Shown here in pieces: positions 51,970 through 64,000 of a DNA stretch of 64,000 bases. Location of the stretch: the NCBI RefSeq assembly GCF_000181795.1, contig NW_003526943.1:9594849-9658848 (forward strand), read 5' to 3'. This stretch comes from Trichinella spiralis (lineage: Eukaryota). How positions within the stretch are numbered: position 1 is the first letter of the stretch; every line of letters begins with the position of its first letter. Made by a program: the position numbers and the translations under genes. The notes under the pieces are model-generated. The model saw only the letters and a list, made by a program, of their open reading frames with translations, was not told the DNA's origin and did no database searches.

Positions 51970-54012
51970 ATGCTGAGGCACTTTAAATTAATTGTACTTT
52001 CGCTTTCGATTTTATCTAACATCACAGTTTCACAAAATCTAAAATGCAGTGGCAATAATGGAGCAGGAGACGCAGATTGGTAAGTTTTAAGACAAGCGCT
52101 TACAGTTTGGAAATTAAATAAAATAAAATAAAGCAATCAAAGTTTCCTTCTTTTTCAGCACAAATTAGATCTATCCATACGAATAACCTCGTTCGTTGAA
52201 AATCAAAAAAAATAATTAGGCGTACTGCTTGCAAACAACCAGTATTAATTATATTTAATAACACTTTTTCGCATGTTCATCAATTTCATATCAAACTGTT
52301 TAAAAGCATTGTTTAAAAACATAACACGATGCAGGAAAGTAAAGCAATATACATAGGGTTATATTATACAAAGGACCAACACAAGCTAATGGTAAAGTGC
52401 TCCTTTCAACAGCACCTGGGAATTGGGATAATGGAGCAGCACCGCTTGCAAATCCAGCAGGACATTCATTTGCAGGATCATTGACAGGTGTTGTAGCAGA
52501 CTCTCCAAATATAAAATTTCTAGCGTACAACAATGTTCCACCAGCAGTACCAAACGTACAAACGAAATCTAATACCAAGGGTAGAAAATTTTAGAATTCG
52601 TAAAATATCCATAAGCTTTCATGCCATTTATGATGCAGGAGTCATTATTGTAAGCACAGCTCCAGGAGCGAATGAAGGAAAATGGATTGTACATACTGTT
52701 CCAGGATTTCCGGCAGCGAAAACAGGTTACAACTGGCCTGCAGCTGAAACTGCTAAAGGACATTTACTAATCTGCATGACTATCGCAGAAACACAAATCA
52801 ACGCAATAGGTTGGTCAATAACCATAACTATATTGCAAATAATTTTGAAATCATTGCAGCTTCATATTAAAAATAATTCTGACTAAAATTATTATAAAAA
52901 CTTAGAAAAATATTCTCAGGACATTGAAAAATAATCAGAAAACAGTTTTATCAAAGAACGTATAGTAAAGAACTTTAATTTGTATTAATTTCTTAAAAAA
53001 ATAAATGTTAGCATTAAATGATGCTAACATTAATATTCAGTTCACATCTTTTCATTTAGCCTCATCATTAATTCGAGCTGAACCATTTGTGTATTACAAT
53101 GATATTCCTGAATCCGAAACAGCAGGAATGAGAGATTTTAAAAAATTAGCAGAAGGACAAACTGCTATCTCGCCACCATTTACGATCAAGCAATCAATTA
53201 AAATTGTGTTTGGTGCAACTCCTATAGACGTTCATATTTACAGTAAATCTGCTAAATCTAGATATGGTATGTAAATCAAAACATGTAATTTGTTTCTCAT
53301 GTTTAATGTAATTTATTTATTATATTTTTTTGCAAATAGCGGTAAGTACATAACAAACATTGTCATAAAATTATATAATTAAAATTTATTAACAAGAATT
53401 ATTTATTAATATTTAGCAACAATATTCATTTATAGAAAATGCAAAATGATTTCCAATGATAAAGAAGTCTTACCTTTTCAATATAATTCGAACTAATCTT
53501 GTTGGGCAATTTATGATCACTAAAAGAATATCACTGTATTTTAAATGCAATTCAAATCATTATTACATATTAGATCAACAATCAAATTTACCAGAAAAGC
53601 AGATCAGAATACAATTTAAATTTTAGAATTTTACAAGAAAGTCATTTTAAAAAAACTCAAGAAAACTATAAAGGTGTGGTCAAGAAGAGACAATAAATTG
53701 AAAGGAGACTGTAGAGTTATAGAAAGGAATGTTCGTTTAATTAAAAGTCCAGCTCAAATTGGTGATCATGCTACTAATATTGAAGCAGATCAATCAAATT
53801 GGATTGTTTCAGAACCTGGAAATATATTTTGTTTCACAGATAAGCCATATGCTGTAACTATTTTAAAGGTAAAATAATTTTCATATTATCATTCAGTTGT
53901 AATTTAGAAAAGTCAAGCAGCTGAACCTGCTATGGCAGTTTGCATTGACCAAAATGCAATTTTTGCTCGATTTGATGCCATTGCTGCCCAAGTTGAAAAT
54001 TGCCCACAATGA
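51970..54012 (+). CDS. Secreted DNase II-like (plancitoxin/p43 family) protein, copy 1
   Basis: 6 exons; signal peptide, DWVILYKGP, FLAYNNVPP, SNTKG, WIVHTVPGFP, GHLLICMT, YSKSAKS, ADQSNW, ends ENCPQ*. Confidence 0.9.
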
Positions 54013-54997
54013 AAAGCAGTAAGAAATTATAAAGTAATATCGTGGAATATTTCAAACTGAAATACCAACTGCCTTACGTTTACTGCAGTCTTTTTCTGTG
54101 ATTTTATGAATCATAGTTTTTCTACTGACAGATTTCTATTCTCATTATAGTTTTGTTGCACAAACTGTGTTTACACGTAAAGTTTTATAGAGTTTTGTAA
54201 AAAGCAATAGCTCAATTTTTTAAGACAACATTAAAGTTGCAATAAATTACAGAAATGTGCACTGTATATTAAAATAATTGAGTTGCTTATTTAATTTCAC
54301 ATTTACAAAATGAATGCATCGGTTGATATTGAAAACAGCAAAATCAGAACTAAAATTACTAATTCTGTAAAATTTAAAAACATGAAAACATTTCAAAAGT
54401 TAAAAGTATTTTTTGAAATGTAAGTTTAAAGAACATTATTACAATACTAACTGGTTGAAGAAAAACATGTCATCAACAAACATTTTAGTGCCATTCATTC
54501 AAATTTATTCAAATTCATGAAAGTGGAATCAAATATTTTCAATCAAGAAACTTCTGCCAAACAAGTAATTGGCAATCATGTATAAAAAATAGCTTGAAGG
54601 AAGCAGTATTTAGAGCTCAATATAACGGTTATTAATATCACTGCCAAAGAATGTTGATGAGAGATAAAATGCTGTTGAGATATAAGTAAGCATAACAAAA
54701 GCAATTTCAAAAACGAAAGCAGCACTATGTACCACAACAATAAAACATAATTTGATATTAAATCAAGCGACTCTACAAAAGCAATATTGAAATTAAGTGC
54801 AATGAAACTGACAATTGCAGTACTTGTTTATTTGAATTTCTGTCAAGTACAGTTTCATTGCATATACATAGCCACTTTCTTAAAGGCCATAAATATTTTT
54901 CAATTATTTCATTCACACAAACAGATATATGTATTTATATACATACATAAGGGAGAAGAAGATTATCATTAATTCAAACACAAATACACGTTTCAAA

Positions 54998-57123
54998 ATG
55001 CTGATTCTTGTTTTTATGCTTCTTCTGCAACCGGATATTACAATTTCACAGAACTCCAAATGCAAAAACAGAGGTGGTGCAGGAGATGCCGATTGGTAAG
55101 TTTCATTATCACTGGCGTCAATCCAAACAGAAAACATGATAAATAAAATTATCCATTAAGATTCATAAAAATTAAAATTAAAAATAATAACAATTTGCGA
55201 AATTTTCTTATTCCTTTATTTCATGTTGAGAATAGAACTGACAAAGTGAATTAAAACTGCAGAAAAGTTTGGTTGAAACTGCACAGCTCAACCATTCTTC
55301 CAATAAATACTGAAAAAAATTCACTCAGTTTGTTATGTCAGTTTATTTTTTTGTAATCTATACAAAAACAGAACCTCAAAAAATAATATAAGGAGGTAAA
55401 ACGCATATAGGGTAATATTATACAAAGGTCCTGCACAGAACACTGGCAAATTACTCGCATCAGATGTGCCGGGCAATTGGGCAGATGGAGCACGTGACGT
55501 AACACAAGCAGCAGGACATTCTTTTGGAGTTATACTGACAGATGTAGTAGGAAACAACGTTAATGTAAAATTCCTTGCGTACAACAACGTCCCTCCAGGA
55601 ATACCAAATGTGAAAACAAAATCAAACGGCAAAGGTAGAAAATGCTCAAATTTAAACATTTTAAAATGGCCAACGGTTTTCTTAAAAGTAGGAGTTATTA
55701 TGATCAGCACCGCAGTTGGTGTAAATGACGGAGCGTGGATTGTGCATACAGTTCCAGGATTTCCAGCAGCAAAAACAGGCTACAGCTGGCCTGCAGCTGA
55801 AATTGCAAGAGGACATTTACTAATTTGCATGACTATTGCAGAAACCCAGATCAACGCAATAGGTTAGTCTGCAGCAAAATCTCAAGTAATATTTCAAATA
55901 ATTCAAGCAGCAACGCTTTTTTTAAACTGAAAATAATTCTGATTTAATCATTAGAAAAACCTTGAAAGATAATATTAGAATATTTAAATAAAAGTATTCT
56001 GAAAATAGCTATATTAAAACATTAACAGAAAAGAACTTCCAATTGCATTCACTTAATTAAAAAAATGCACATTAGCATTAAATGCAGTAAAAGGTATTGC
56101 ATTGATTACATTTTTGTCATTTAGCTGCGTCATTATTTCATGCTGAACCATTTGTATATTACAATGATATCCCAGAAACAGAAACAGCAGGAATGCCAGA
56201 TTTCAAAAAGTTAGCAGAAGGACAAATTCCTACTATGCCACCATTCACTATCAGCCGATCAATAAAACTGACGGGTGCAGGTGCCGTATCTGTTCAAATC
56301 TTCAGTAAATCAGCTAAATCTCGATATGGTAAGTAGGTGAAAACTGCTTTAATAGTTAAAAGTCAATTGTTCATATTTTTGTGACTTTTTTTTATCATTT
56401 TTGATAAACAGCTTTTTACAACAACAGTATGTACAACATAAATCACTGAACGGCACAGATTTATAAATGCAATTCATTAAATGCTTAGAATGACGTCAAA
56501 TGATCAGCTGCATCTTCACATATCAACCGAAAAAGTAGAAACTTCAGGGTTTTCTTTTTAAAATGTAAAAACATATGTATTCCATTTTTGAGGTGATTTA
56601 TCAAAAGTTCTACAATTTCTAACTTGCAATGATTGATGAATGATTGCCAAATGCAAATTTTATAATATTAACATATTTAAGCATTAACTAATTTTTCTGA
56701 GAAAGCAACCACAATAAATTTACAAATGTTCTTTTAGAAATGTACAGGAAAGTTATATTAAGAGGACTGAAGAAGACCATAAAGGTTTGGTCTAGAAGAG
56801 ACAATAAATTGAAAGGAGACTGCAGAGTCTTAGAAAGGAATATTCGTTTAATTAAAAGTCCCGTTGAAATTGCTGGCCACCCTACTAATATTGAGGCTGA
56901 CGAATCGAATTGGATTGTTTCAGAACCTGGAAATATATTTTGCTTCATGGATAAGCCATATGCTGTAACTATACTAAAAGTAAAGTAATTTTCATGTTTT
57001 CATTCCATTGGAATTTAGAAAAGTCAAGCGACAGAACCTGCGCTGGCAGCTTGTTTTGACCAAGCTGCAATTTTTGCTAGATTTAATACTATTGCTGCTC
57101 AAGTTGAAAACTGCCCACAGTGA
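54998..57123 (+). CDS. Secreted DNase II-like protein, copy 2
   Basis: Same 6-exon structure; SNGKG, WIVHTVPGFP, ADESNW, ENCPQ*. Confidence 0.9.
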
Positions 57124-59164
57124 ATAGCTGTGTGGAATTGAAAAGTAAAATTTTGCATTATTTGGAAGTAAAATTGGATAAACTAAACGGCTGTTTTATT
57201 GTAAACTGATTTGAAATCTTTTCATGAATAGCAGTTGTAATTTATCTTCTTAGAAATGAGTTTACTTTAAAATAGAGCACGGTAAAGGAACATTTTGTTA
57301 TACGTTTTCTCATTTTGAAATCATTTCATGTTGAAATTGAAGTGTTGTAAACAAATGTTATGCTGCGTTTTCTCATTTTCATAATTTGAGTTGAATTATA
57401 GATCCACGAATATGAGCTGGTATAAAATTCATAATAATGCATGTCAGATATTTGCAGACTATATTTAGACGTTAGATTATCCTCAGCTGCTGAGAAATGC
57501 CGGTACACTGCTGTATTGCGCCATTAATGATTCCCCTTTGATAATCTATTATGTGAAATATTCGTATCGTGCAGCCCAGCTGTTGAAGTTGTGCATGAGC
57601 GAGATGCTAATTTTATGTTTGGGGTGTGCGTCAAGAATTTTTTGGAAGTAACAGCAATGACAATTGTAGTAGGTGATAACGCATAGACATTCTTTGAAAA
57701 TCTTTGCTTTTTGCTACATTCCATTTTATATTTTACGAAGAATGTCTTAGAATTAATTTTATGCAGATGAGATATACCTAACACTTCACAATTCTTATAT
57801 AATGCAGTGATATTTATTGTATAAAAATAATTTTTACTCTTGTCTATTATGTTGTAAATGTAAGCAATGACGTTCCATTTTTATACTTCATGGCTTGTTG
57901 AGCTTTCTTACGCCAAATTTTGGGCATTGCAACAGTAAAAATATTTGGTTATATAATTTTTCTAAATGTCTGATAATTAAGTTTTATTTTGAGAATGAAG
58001 ATTTATAAATGAGTATAGCAGTAATTTCTATTTACAGAGGTCATTGAAAATGGTTATTAAAAATGTGCCATTTTGTAAGAAATGCCACTCATTTTATACG
58101 AACAAAATATTTCCTGTACTTTTTGTGGAAAGTCAGGTAAATCATTCTATATTGTAACTAATGAAATAATGGTCATGTTGATTTATAATAGGCGTGTCAC
58201 AGTATTTTTATGTCACACATTATTTTTAGAAGTAGATGATACAATTCATTTTGTAAATGCTGATAAGTACAACAGGTGTCAATGAAAGGATTTAAAATTT
58301 TTTCTATAGAAATCAACTTTATTTGAAAACTTATAATTTGTTCAATTCTTCTTTAAAGATACCAAAGAAGCTTGCATAACTGCAATGGAATAAAATTTTG
58401 ATTAATTTACTATAAGGCGATGCATACTTTTCCAATAACTTATAATTATTATGAGTTTTGAAAATTTAATTGTCTATATATTTTACGGTAATTATCATGA
58501 TGCGTTTTATATATGTTCAATAGCATTGCTGTTTTCTGCGTCATGCTGCGTGCATTAGATCTCTAATAGAATGTATTGTTACTTATATGATCGCCTTAGT
58601 ACAATACCCATTTATGTTAAACATTTTTTTTCGTGATCTACATACCTATATGTTCATCTCATTTGTGAACAATGTTACAAGACAAAGAAAGCTTTGCTTC
58701 CTGGGAACACGAATTTCCTGAAGTTTTAAATCAAACTCTACCTGATCAAGTCATGCATAGTATGTGTTTCTAAATAAATTGTAATTGCGCATACTTTATA
58801 AGAATGTTATTGATACCGGAAAAAACAGGAATGTGAACTATTTCGAAACGCAAACGTGTGGGAATATCTGAAGTAAAAGACCCTACACATCATCAAATTG
58901 AAAATTAAATCAAGCCATCCTTATAAAAAATGAAACTGGTAATTATTATATTTGTTCATCTGAAGATTAACACAATGAAGCTTAATTGCATTTTGAGAAT
59001 GACTCTATACGGCTTCATAAATATTTTCCAATCAACGAATTTACACAAATATACGCGCACGCACAGATATATAAATAAAAATAAATAAATAAATATTTAT
59101 TTAATTTATATTTATATATGTCCCATTGTGTGTCATTAGTTGAAACACATTTAGATGTTAACAA

Positions 59165-61173
59165 ATGATGAGAACAGTTATTATATTTTTAGCTTTGCCA
59201 AATATTATATCTTCACAGAATGCAAAATGCAAAAATAATAATGCACGACAAGATGCAGATTGGTAAGCTTCATGATAATTCCACATCATTCTTGCAAAAT
59301 ATATAATCTGGTTAATTTTTGAAGTTTCCTCATTGTAATTTCTATGTTCATAATGAAACCAGAGGCGGTTATCAACAACAGCAATATTTTAAGTAACAAA
59401 TTTTCAAAATTTCCTTACCTACATCGTTCTTGCAGAAACCACTAAAATGTTCATACTTCGGTTAGCTCCATTAAGTAAAACAAAATAGGAAAAATGAATA
59501 TGAAAACATGATATAAAAAGCTACAACACGTATAGGGCAATATTATACAAAGGACCTGCACAGAACAATGGTAAACTGCTCGCTTCAGATTCACCTAATG
59601 ATTGGGCGAATGGTGCAGCACCCGTTACTCAAAATAATGGGAATTCATTTGCAGTTACACTGAAAAATGTAGTAGGACCCCATGATAATGTGAAGTTTCT
59701 TGCGTACAACAACGTTCCACCAGCAGTGCCTAATGTGAAAACAAACTCCAACAGCAAAGGTAGGATGAATAAAAATTCAAAATTTTCACAATTACTTAAA
59801 TTGTTTATGAGACAGGTGTCATTATCATCAGCACATCTCCTGGACAAAATGATGGCGCGTGGATTGTACATACTGTTCCAGGATTTCCAGCAGCAAGAAC
59901 AGGCTACAGTTGGCCTGCATCTGAAATTGCGAAAGGACACTTATTAATTTGTATGACAATCGCAGAGACCCAAATCAACGCAGTAGGTTAGACCGTGGCT
60001 TATATTAATGCCATATCAAAAATCACTGCATTTTTTGTATTACAAATTTATTCTTATTAGTATCTTTGAAACAAGATATTCTGCATATCTTTTTAACGAA
60101 TAATCTGAAAAAGCTTTTAATATTTAAAATATCTGCTTCTCATTAAAATGAAATATTAGCATTATAAAGTACTAAACATTTTATTCCTTCTATTTAGCTG
60201 CTTCATTAATTCAAATTGAGCCTTTCGTATACTATAATGATATTCCTGAAACAGAAACAGCAGGAATGCCAGATTTTAAAAAATTAGCAGAAGGACAAAT
60301 TCCTACTACGCCACCATTTACGACCAGACGATCGATTAAAACTGCGGCGCCTGCTCCTGTTGACATTCACATTTATAGCAAATCAGCTAAATCCAAATAT
60401 GGTGGGTTGATAAAACATATTAACTAAAATGATTATTTTAGCGGCTTTTGTAATTTGTTTCTCATATTTTTGTAAAAGTAGTAATAAGTAAAACCTAAGC
60501 GAAGAAACATCATATGTTTGGAAATGCATATAATCACACTAACAGCGATGAAAATGTAATTACGTGTCGCTTTTAAGTATCTTTACCAAAATAATTTTCA
60601 ATAATTACTGATTAAAACGCAGATAATATGTTATTCTTTCTTTTATTGCAGTAATTTTCACTGAAGTTGAAGAGAATTTAATTTGTGATCACTGAAGAAA
60701 GATTATCGCCTAGTAAATACAAATTATATTTTTTGTAGAATGAGAAGTACATATGTTTAATGAGAAATACTTTTAAAATTTGCAATTTCATTTTTAGAAC
60801 TTTACAAAAAAGTCATTGTAAAAGCTCTCAAAAAGACTATGAAGGTGTGGTCTAGAAGAGACAATAAATTGAAAGGAGATTGCAGAGTTTCACAAAGGAA
60901 TATTCGTTTAATTAAAAGCCCAGCTCAAATTGGTGATCAAGCCACTAATATTGAGGCTGACGAATCAAATTGGATTGTTTCAGAACCTGGAAATATATTT
61001 TGCTTCATGGATAAGCCATATTCAGTAAGTATATTAGACTTTTATAAAGCTACTGATGTTAAATTTAGAAAAATCAAATAAAAGAACCTGCGATGGCAGT
61101 TTGTATTGACAAGGATGCAATTTTTGCTCGATTTAATGCTATTGCTGCTCAAGTTGAAAACTGTCCATCATGA
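59165..61173 (+). CDS. Secreted DNase II-like protein, copy 3
   Basis: Same 6-exon structure; SNSKG, WIVHTVPGFP, ADESNW, ENCPS*. Confidence 0.9.
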
Positions 61174-62732
61174 AAAGCAGTATGAAGTAGGAAATCAAAA
61201 TTTTATAACATTTTAAACAAGATGTGTACTGAAATTGCTGATTATTTGACAGTAATTTTATGAATTTCATTTTCACTTATTTTTTTGAATACATTTAGCA
61301 TTTATTAATAAATGAAAATGACACCTTGAATTCTCACTGTTCTTTACAGTTTTTTTTACTCTTTCAGTTGTTGTTTTGATTAACGTCTTACATTAGATTT
61401 TAAGTCTTCTCAGCAAGTATTACTAATGCAGAACCTGAATTTGGGATGTAGCATACTTTCTTGAAACATACAAACTGTTGTTGAACTCTGCTATAGAAAC
61501 ATGGCTGCTAGATTTTACGGTTTTTGATTCAGTTATCCTGTTTTATTTATTTCTTAATTTCTGAGGTGGAATTGCTGATCAAACTTGAATAACTAATAAA
61601 ATAAGATAATCGATCGCAAATTACTGATCAAACGTAGTACAAGCCATACGCAAACAACCAATCACACAAAGAGTGGCAAGTTCCAAAATAGAAAATTGGG
61701 AGCGCGCAAAATCAGCGTACTCCTTCAGTAGCATCAGAAATTTAGAAAATTAGATTTGATCACACGAAGCAGATGGTACAGAAATGTATAAAAACAATGT
61801 TGGAATGGAACATTGTTTCAACTTTCAACGAAAATTAATAGCTATTACGTGACCATTAGTCTACAGTCAATAGCGCACTAGGAACGTCTGAGAAGAATCC
61901 ATTCCCAAGTAATGCTCGGGACCGAGTAGTACCAAACCGAAATTTTAACGGATGGAAAATTAAAATTAAATTAGCAATGTTTTCACGGGATTTTTATATA
62001 ATAATAATGTTAAAACATTTTTAATACTGATTCTACATTGAAATAATCTTTATTTTATTATTTCAGTATTTTTCTTAATAACCTGAAAATCATATGGTAC
62101 GGAATGACTGTAATTTACCTAATGACGGTGTTTTTTCGTTTAAAACTACTTGAAGCTTTGCTATGCAGATGAGATGATTAGGCGAATTCTATTATGCAGG
62201 ATCAGAAAAGTTTGCCCCATTTGGCATCCCCTATCGTCCTCGTGAAGTAGAAAGATGGGTCATGTCGGTTTTGTGTCGAGTTTAGCGAGACGCTTTAACC
62301 CCTCAATCTTTACTTCCGCTTCCTTCTGGACTCCACCAAGTAGTCTTCTCACTCTGTTGCTCTATGCTTCTTTTCACTGCTTGTTGAAAGTAATTTTTTC
62401 TCTCATGTGCATATTCTCTGGTTTTACAAATTTATCAAGATCATTTTCATTTAGCGTGAATTTTTTTATGATTGAAACACTTTCATTTTCATATTATCAG
62501 TAAAACAACTAGTATAAATAGTAAAAATGAGATAAGAGTTTTCAGTATAATTTGTTGCACAAAAAACTTTTCCTTCAGTAATGACGACATCCGCTGAGGT
62601 TTGAAATTGGCTGGAATTGTCTGCTTTTGTCTTATATGAAAAAAGTTAGGGCAGTATAAAATGAAATTTACAACTCCTATGTTTTCAATTTCTGTGCATG
62701 ATTTTATTCTGATTCTTTTCATCTGCCATCTC

Positions 62733-63063
62733 TTGGCTGATGATTTGCATTTGGTTTTAAAGAATCGAAATAATTATAATTTAGTATATGAATGTAGAGT
62801 TTATCAACGGAAACAAATTTTGAAAGTCAACAGTGAGTTTGCCAACGGGTAAATATTATTCATTAATTGTGCACTTTTCATGAATTATCATTATTTTTTG
62901 TGTGTAGGTAAAAAGAGGATGCAAGGGTTCAGTACACACGAACTAAGATGTAAATACTGTGTTGAGATGTGCTCCTCATGCGGATAACTGCACCCCAGAC
63001 AGTTCCATTCTATCTAAAATTGAAATAAAAAATAATCTTAAACGTTGCGCAGCTGAAGAGACT
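62733..63063 (+). pseudogene. Decayed FLYWCH zinc-finger (MULE-associated) fragment
   Basis: ADDLHLVLKNRNNYNLVYECRVY | VKRGCKGSVHTN*DVNTVLRCAPHADNC...NNLKRCAAEET; TTG in place of ATG, a frameshift and an in-frame stop. Confidence 0.65.
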
Positions 63064-63693
63064 GTAAGAGTCTGGGCTAGCTGATGACGCTTGCTGTTGA
63101 TCTGTTTCAGTTTAAGTTTTTGTATTGAATATTAAATAACGCAATTGTAGTACTGATGACTTAACTTTCTTATTTTCAAAGGTTTATTAAATTTAATTTA
63201 ATCCATATTCATGAAGTTCTACCATTCATATAATATCTATTTTCTTTCAAAATATTTGTTTTACATTTCACACGTTTCAGTCATCAGCATTTTTAATACT
63301 AATTTTTTTGTTATTCTTTATTTTGTTTTTGTTCCATAATGACGTTTTATAAAATAAGATAGAAATAGTTCAACAAAAGCATATAAATAAATTTTTCTTT
63401 TCTTACAATTAAAGGTTTTCAATTTCTAGGTTTTTGTTTTTTTTAATAAAAGTTAATTATGTATTTTTTGAACAGTATTTAGGGTTTGGGGTAGAAGAAA
63501 ATTTTCTTTTTCTGTCCTGTTCATTATTTTTACAATTGCAGATACTCTTGTTAATTAGCCGGTTGGAGCTGATTAGTTCAAACAAGAAAAACAAATTCAT
63601 CAAAATTTATGGGACCGCATTGACATTTGAGATTTGAAGCATCGTCTCATTTTACGATTTGAATCATTTTCTTTTCTGTTCCTTATTCTCGCA

Positions 63694-64000
63694 ATGGCTG
63701 ATATCTCTGAGCTAGGTCTTGTGACAAACTGTTGCGGTGGTATGTCCCTTGTATATGAAGGCAGGGCGTACAAATTTAAATTTACCGGTAAGCAGAGGAA
63801 ATGTTGGGGGTGTTCAAAAGTATGTGCTGAATGTATTGAATGTGTTCCTTCTCATTAACAATTCGTTTGTTTCTGTATAGGACAAGAAGGGCTACAAAGA
63901 TGCAGTATCCACCAACGTGGATATAACAGCTGTGCTCAGGCAGACCTGTCACATGGGAGCATCACCGGTGGATCAGCACCTGGTATACAAAATGGCGGAT
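63694..64000 (+). mobile_element. FLYWCH/MULE-like transposon-derived ORF, truncated by the window end, probably degenerate
   Basis: MADISELGLVTNCCGGMSLVYEGRAYKFKFTGKQRKCWGCSK | intron 63820-63880 | DKKGYKDAVSTNVDITAVLRQTCH... Confidence 0.7.

Noticed and set aside
57380..57790. Short open frames between DNase II copies 2 and 3
   Set aside because: No recognisable protein, TIR or TSD.
61380..62720. Possible decayed multi-exon gene on the minus strand
   Set aside because: Multiple stops and no identifiable homology; cannot be supported without a search.
1..64000. CRISPR arrays, rRNA or prokaryotic systems
   Set aside because: Eukaryotic intron-exon structure throughout; no repeat-spacer array or rRNA sequence seen.

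Overview
AT-rich, intron-containing eukaryotic DNA. The gene content (three tandem DNase II/p43-family genes, FLYWCH remnants, short GT-AG introns) points to a Trichinella (clade I nematode) chromosome; the species cannot be fixed from sequence alone. Left to right: a Cys/Pro-rich single-pass membrane gene; a TTAA-flanked piggyBac-type MITE; a small secreted Cys-protein gene and its pseudogenised tandem copy, which together carry three independent insertions; a vWA-mucin membrane protein; neuroguidin; an intronless Arg/Ser/Lys-rich protamine-like ORF; two tRNA-Glu genes differing only at the wobble base and bracketing RPP30, a UBF-like HMG gene and PRCC; cytochrome P450 reductase; NAT9; FAM20C-like kinase; TRMT1; NeuroD; APC4; WDR82; three secreted DNase II-like genes lacking both catalytic histidines; and decayed FLYWCH/MULE-like fragments. 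The most notable signals are a compact UBF-like protein in a nematode, the pseudo-nuclease array with mosaic sequence sharing, the anticodon-only tRNA pair, and the protamine-like protein. I see no clearly new multi-gene system. Gene models were spliced by eye and family calls rest on remembered motifs, not database searches.
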